From NCBI RefSeq assembly GCF_001194135.2, contig NC_068986.1, forward strand, positions 114,859,863-114,923,862: 64,000 nt of DNA. Reading direction: 5' to 3'. This DNA is from Octopus bimaculoides. Its lineage: Eukaryota. Positions 60,861 through 64,000 of the stretch are shown one piece after another (position 1 is the stretch's first letter; every line of letters begins with the position of its first letter). The notes below the pieces were generated by a model. That model was not told where the DNA came from and ran no database searches. It was given only the letters and a program-made list of their open reading frames with translations. The position numbers and the translations under genes were made by a program.

Positions 60861-61743
60861 CCCACACATTCAACAATGTTTTGTGAAAGTAATGTTATTG
60901 TATTTAATGTCACCAGTGTGATACTAATTCAGTGAACTTCCACCAAAAAGTGTTAAGGAATGCTAAGACCAGAAATGCTGCATCCTTTCAAATGAGCATT
61001 GGTCAAGAGAAGCTCAGTTCATGTGAAGTTTGGAGGATCTCCTCTTTTTACAATCATCAATGGGTCTGAAACAATCACATCCTCAAACATCTCACTCCCC
61101 CCACCCCAAGCCATTTTGATAGCTTTTTCTTGGCTGTAGTCTGTAGATTGAATCATCATCATCATTATCATTATCATTTAGCATCTATTGTCCATGCTGG
61201 CATGGGTTGGACGGTTTGAGCAGGACTGGCAAGCTGAAAGGCTGCACCAGGCTCCAATCTGGTCTGGCAGAGTTTCTACAGCTGGATGCCCTTCCTAATG
61301 CCAACCACTCTGAGAGTGTAGTGGGTGCTTTTATGTGCCACGGCACAGGAGCCAATTGGGGTGAGGGGGCTGGCATCAATCATGTTTGGATGGTGCCTTT
61401 TACGTGCCACCGACACAGGGAGCCAGTCAGGCAGCACTGGCAACGACCCATGCATGAATGGTGCTTATTGCGTATCACCAGTATGGGAGCCAGTCAAGTG
61501 GTACTGGCATCAGCCACAACTACACAGTTTTAAAAATTATTAAACCTTAACTTACTGAAGATATATCCAGCCACTGAAGAGATTTCTCTGTCTAACACCT
61601 TTGTTTATTCTGACATCTTCAATGATACATCCATACATTGTTTCCCAATGAAAAACTTGAAGAAACTTCCAGAAGATTTTTGGCTAAACAGATCAGAACC
61701 AAATTATAATTTATCAGATATTGAAATTATTGTAAATAAATAA
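48410..61743 (+). CDS. SRRD: SRR1 domain-containing protein, 7 coding exons, ~338 aa
   Basis: Exons: 48410-48567 (MTDDFQLVVRPKRR...), 49667-49707 (NEIELSDFY), 51721-52052 (...LVAYGIGHFAECKIAQYQL), 53769-53867 (CYTYDPVWS...SKNE), 55805-55962 (EGKR...MPHCGTALYNNLLWANW...IVGNSF), 59894-59939 (HSHKDLREKAAYIYK), 61561-61743 (DIFNDTSIHCFP...stop). GT-AG junctions, consistent phases, total 1017 nt. Motifs match recalled human SRRD. Confidence 0.95.
48994..49478 (+). mobile_element. Two tandem family B SINEs (48994-49200 and 49264-49478)
   Basis: In SRRD intron 1. Confidence 0.85.
50445..50903 (-). mobile_element. Retrozyme/Penelope-LTR-like 354-bp unit with 105-bp terminal redundancy
   Basis: Direct repeats at 50445-50549 and 50799-50903 (10 mismatches in 105 bp) flank a unique segment that carries a hammerhead motif. 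Confidence 0.65.
50665..50709 (-). ncRNA. Minimal type I hammerhead ribozyme motif
   Basis: Minus strand reads UCUGUG-CUGAUGA-AGGG-aaauaa-CCC-A-GAA-AUCGCGAU-A-CACAGA. Helix I is a perfect 6 bp, both core boxes are present, and helix III is a palindrome (AUCGCGAU). Confidence 0.72.
51015..51425 (+). mobile_element. SINE family A
   Basis: Near full length, in SRRD intron 2. Confidence 0.85.
51545..51690 (+). repeat. Inverted-repeat arm A (pairs with 59716-59880)
   Basis: Reverse complement of 59716-59880 except for 2 substitutions and a 19-nt indel. Confidence 0.92.
52268..52577. mobile_element. hAT MITE in SRRD intron 3
   Basis: TIRs tagtggttcccaaa / tttgaaaaccactg; TSD ttctacag / ctctacag. 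Confidence 0.85.
52991..53449. mobile_element. Family D SINE, head-to-head inverted dimer
   Basis: A full minus copy (52991-53270) and a plus copy (53273-53449) meet at the fold-back atatgctc-at-gggcatat. Putative 13-bp TSD atgttcttgRttg at 52978-52990 and 53450-53462. Confidence 0.75.
53908..54170 (-). mobile_element. Family C element
   Basis: Matches the family C consensus, with a long (CAT)n. Confidence 0.85.
54820..55235 (-). mobile_element. SINE family A
   Basis: Full length, in SRRD intron 4. Confidence 0.88.
55418..55727 (+). mobile_element. SINE family A, 5'-truncated
   Basis: In SRRD intron 4. Confidence 0.85.
56226..56297 (-). pseudogene. tRNA-Asp-derived pseudogene with a GCC anticodon
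   Basis: TCCTTGGTAGTATATTGGTAAGTATCTCTGCCTGCCACATGGGAGACCAGAGTTCAATTCC aligns to the recalled tRNA-Asp(GTC) body. It shows CpG-decay changes and has lost the 3' acceptor strand. Confidence 0.7.
56299..56677 (+). mobile_element. tRNA-derived SINE family F
   Basis: Head ggcacaatggcccagtggttagagc...gtttcgattc; 12-bp TSD actaccaaggac at 56287-56298 and 56678-56689. Confidence 0.85.
56766..57205 (+). mobile_element. SINE family A
   Basis: Full length, in SRRD intron 5. Confidence 0.88.
57428..57675 (-). mobile_element. SINE family A, 3' half
   Basis: In SRRD intron 5. Confidence 0.82.
57925..58200 (-). mobile_element. RTE-clade LINE 3' fragment
   Basis: Minus frame reads RDEEHVLRRVIAFEVNRARKRGRPRERWREQVEE. 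Confidence 0.75.
58201..58310 (+). repeat. 22-bp perfect tandem repeat, 5 copies
   Basis: aacgtgctgaggcaccgccctc at 58201, 58223, 58245, 58267 and 58289. Confidence 0.95.
58679..59236. mobile_element. piggyBac MITE (second family) with a nested SINE
   Basis: TTAA-cccattaagt ... acttaatggg-TTAA; internal palindromic tgtcctatWWataggaca twice; family A SINE nested at ~58850-59208. Confidence 0.8.
59470..59695 (+). repeat. Compound (CA)/(CATG) microsatellite
   Basis: Read directly. Confidence 0.9.
59716..59880 (-). repeat. Inverted-repeat arm B (pairs with 51545-51690)
   Basis: See arm A. Confidence 0.92.
60243..60605 (+). mobile_element. SINE family A
   Basis: In SRRD intron 6. Confidence 0.85.
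61150..61520 (-). mobile_element. Family C element
   Basis: Matches the family C consensus; ends ~40 nt before the last SRRD acceptor. Confidence 0.85.
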
Positions 61744-61914
61744 ATATTTTATATAAAACTGAAGTCTTTTGTTGACTTTTCTTCTTATGTGAGACAACTT
61801 TGAGTATTATTTTCATGTCATTGTGGAAGTTTATCAAACATAATGATTGCAGTTATGGCTTTATATTCCACAGGTTGCAAACTTTAGTCACCTTTCACAT
61901 TAAATTCTTAAATT

Positions 61915-62275
61915 ATCATCATCATCATCATCATCATCATCGTTTAACATCCGCTTTCCATGCTAGCATGGGTTGGACGATTTGACTGAGGACTGGCGAA
62001 CCAGATGGCTACACCAGGCTCCAATCTGATTTGGCAGAGTTTCTACAGTTGGATGCCCTTCCTAACACCAACCACTCTGAGAGTGTAGTGGGTGCTTTTA
62101 CGTGCCACCGGCATGAAGGCCAGTCCGGTGGTTCTGGCAACGACCTCGCTCAAAATGGTATATTTTACATGCCACCTGCACACTCCAGCGGCACTGGCAA
62201 CGATCTCGCTCGAATGACTTTTCACGTGCCACGCTCGAATGGTGCTCTTAGCACTCCACTGGTACAGGTGCCATC
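61915..62275 (-). mobile_element. Family C element
   Basis: Matches the family C consensus. Confidence 0.85.
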
Positions 62276-62814
62276 ACAATTTCGCTTCACCTGCTGTGAG
62301 ACACAGGAACCAACTGAAAAAGAGATTCATGGAAAGTGAACCAAAGAAGATGGAGGAACCAATGGAATGGTTGTATAATATGTTCCAAGTACCAACGCCA
62401 CTGCAGGTGATTGAACCCAGGCGTACAAGTGAGAGGAAAAGAAAACATGTAGAGGTTCTGAAATTAGATACCAAGCTCAAAAAAATATTAAATTGAACGA
62501 AAAATAAAGACTCAAAAAAGGGAAAAAGAGATGTGTATGTGTGTGAATAAAAATAGATTATTGCTAAATAAAATGACACTGCCTAAGAAAAACTTTAAAA
62601 TGTTGTAGGTACTTATTTTATCGACCTTGAAAGCATGGAAAGCAAAATAGACCACAATAGAATTTGACTCAGAACGTGAAGACGGTCAAAATGTAGTTAA
62701 GCATTTTGCTCCACATGCTAACGATTCCAGCAGCTTGCCGTTATTTTTTTTTTTTTATCTATTTACAAATATTAGTAAAAAATATAAAATTTTTATTTAC
62801 TAATATTAAACACC

Positions 62815-63195
62815 TGAACATATCAGCTGAAATATAGAGAACTCATGGCAACCTCAGTGGTTGCCATGGCAACAATTCGTGATTGTGGATATGAAATTGT
62901 TCCCCCTCCACCTTATTTACCAGACTTAGCCCCCTCTAACTTTCATCTATTCCCCAAAATGAAAAAAGCCCTGGCTGGTCGCCATTTTGCCAGTGACAAT
63001 GACGTCATAGACGCTGTAGGAAGTTTCTTGGAGTCTCAAACAAAAGAGTTCCTCTACGCCAGGATAATGGCGCTTCAGCACCACTGGAGAAAGTGTTCAG
63101 CCATCGAGGGGGACTATGTTGAAAAATAAATCATCAGAAGTGTTGTACTATGTTTTGTTTTTTTGAGGTTCAAGACTTTTCATACACCCCTCGTA
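62815..63195 (+). mobile_element. Mariner transposon 3' fragment
   Basis: ORF 62845-63129 (PPYLPDLAPSNFHLFPKMKKAL...EGDYVEK) contains a YSPDLAPSD-type motif; right TIR ...acttttcatacacccctcg followed by TA. Confidence 0.92.
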
Positions 63196-64000
63196 CTTAC
63201 TTAGGTAATTACCAAGAGTGCCTTTGGATACATTTATCCATTAGAGGGTTTAAACACTTCTAACTTATACCTGCATATACATATATATATTGTACCAATA
63301 ATATCAATAATGATAATAGAATTGATGAATTATTAATTACTGTTACTCTATTACTTGCTCTACGGAAATTATGCAGTCCTGAATAGGACTCTCGGATTTA
63401 CCAAGCAAGAAACGTTACCAGAGCCTAGCAACTTTTTTCTGTTTGTTCGGGCATCACAAAATGAGCGTTGTGGTTAGCCGGCATCTGAAACCGAATTAAG
63501 AGGAAGCATGGTAACCGCAAGGATGTTCTATTCCTTTAAACTCATATATATATATAACATGAATAAGAATGAAGTCAACTTTTCGATTATGTAATGCAGA
63601 TTTCCATGAGAGTGGCTACTGTTTATTTATTGATTATATAATAGAACAAAATAATCAAACCACTTCGTCAGACGTGACTTGAATTATCAAATCACAATTC
63701 ATTTTGCAAGAAATTTATCTCAACATTCCATGAAAATGTTTTTTGTAGAAGAAAGCGTTTTCAAACACATTAATTGAAGGGATAAGTTTAATTTAGTATT
63801 TAGCCAATCAGCGCAGTTATTTTGCCCGAGACATTTATGAATGACATTTAGTGTAATAAAATTTTTCAACTTACAAATTGTAGGACACTTTATATATACT
63901 CTAATGTATACGAGACAATTTCAAGAAAAATATAACCATAATAGAATCCATCTGTAGATTTGTAAGTATAAAGAGATCACAAGTTGACATCAAAGAAAAC

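Noticed and set aside
62239-62496. ORF ending ERKRKHVEVLKLDTKLKKILN as a gene exon or pogo/CENP-B HTH start
   Set aside because: It begins inside a family C repeat, has no supported splice partners, and the similarity is too short to call.

Overview
AT-rich, repeat-dense animal DNA with nine scaffold gaps (N runs). It is most likely an octopus (coleoid cephalopod) draft assembly; this is inferred from the effector-less C2H2 zinc-finger genes, the tRNA-derived SINEs and the heavy microsatellite load. Four protein-coding genes can be reconstructed from the sequence: two head-to-head paralogous C2H2-ZNF genes (10542-11654 minus, 20461-21642 plus), an 11-exon POLDIP2 (minus, 24575-44651) and a 7-exon SRRD (plus, 48410-61743). 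All POLDIP2 and SRRD introns are GT-AG and in phase. The rest is SINEs of about six families, RTE and Penelope fragments, hAT, piggyBac, pogo, mariner, MULE-like and Helitron-like elements, and mini/microsatellites. The strongest leads are: (i) minimal hammerhead-ribozyme (HHR) motifs from three unrelated element types, including a 354-bp retrozyme-like unit in SRRD intron 2 and a tRNA-headed HHR-bearing SINE that inserts as inverted dimers between target-site duplications (TSDs); (ii) a near-perfect ~150-bp inverted repeat whose two arms abut two different SRRD splice acceptors; (iii) a STAT/ETS/kB-like motif minisatellite between the ZNF genes. Family names come from recalled motifs and protein sequences, not database searches. 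Repeat boundaries are approximate unless TSDs fix them.
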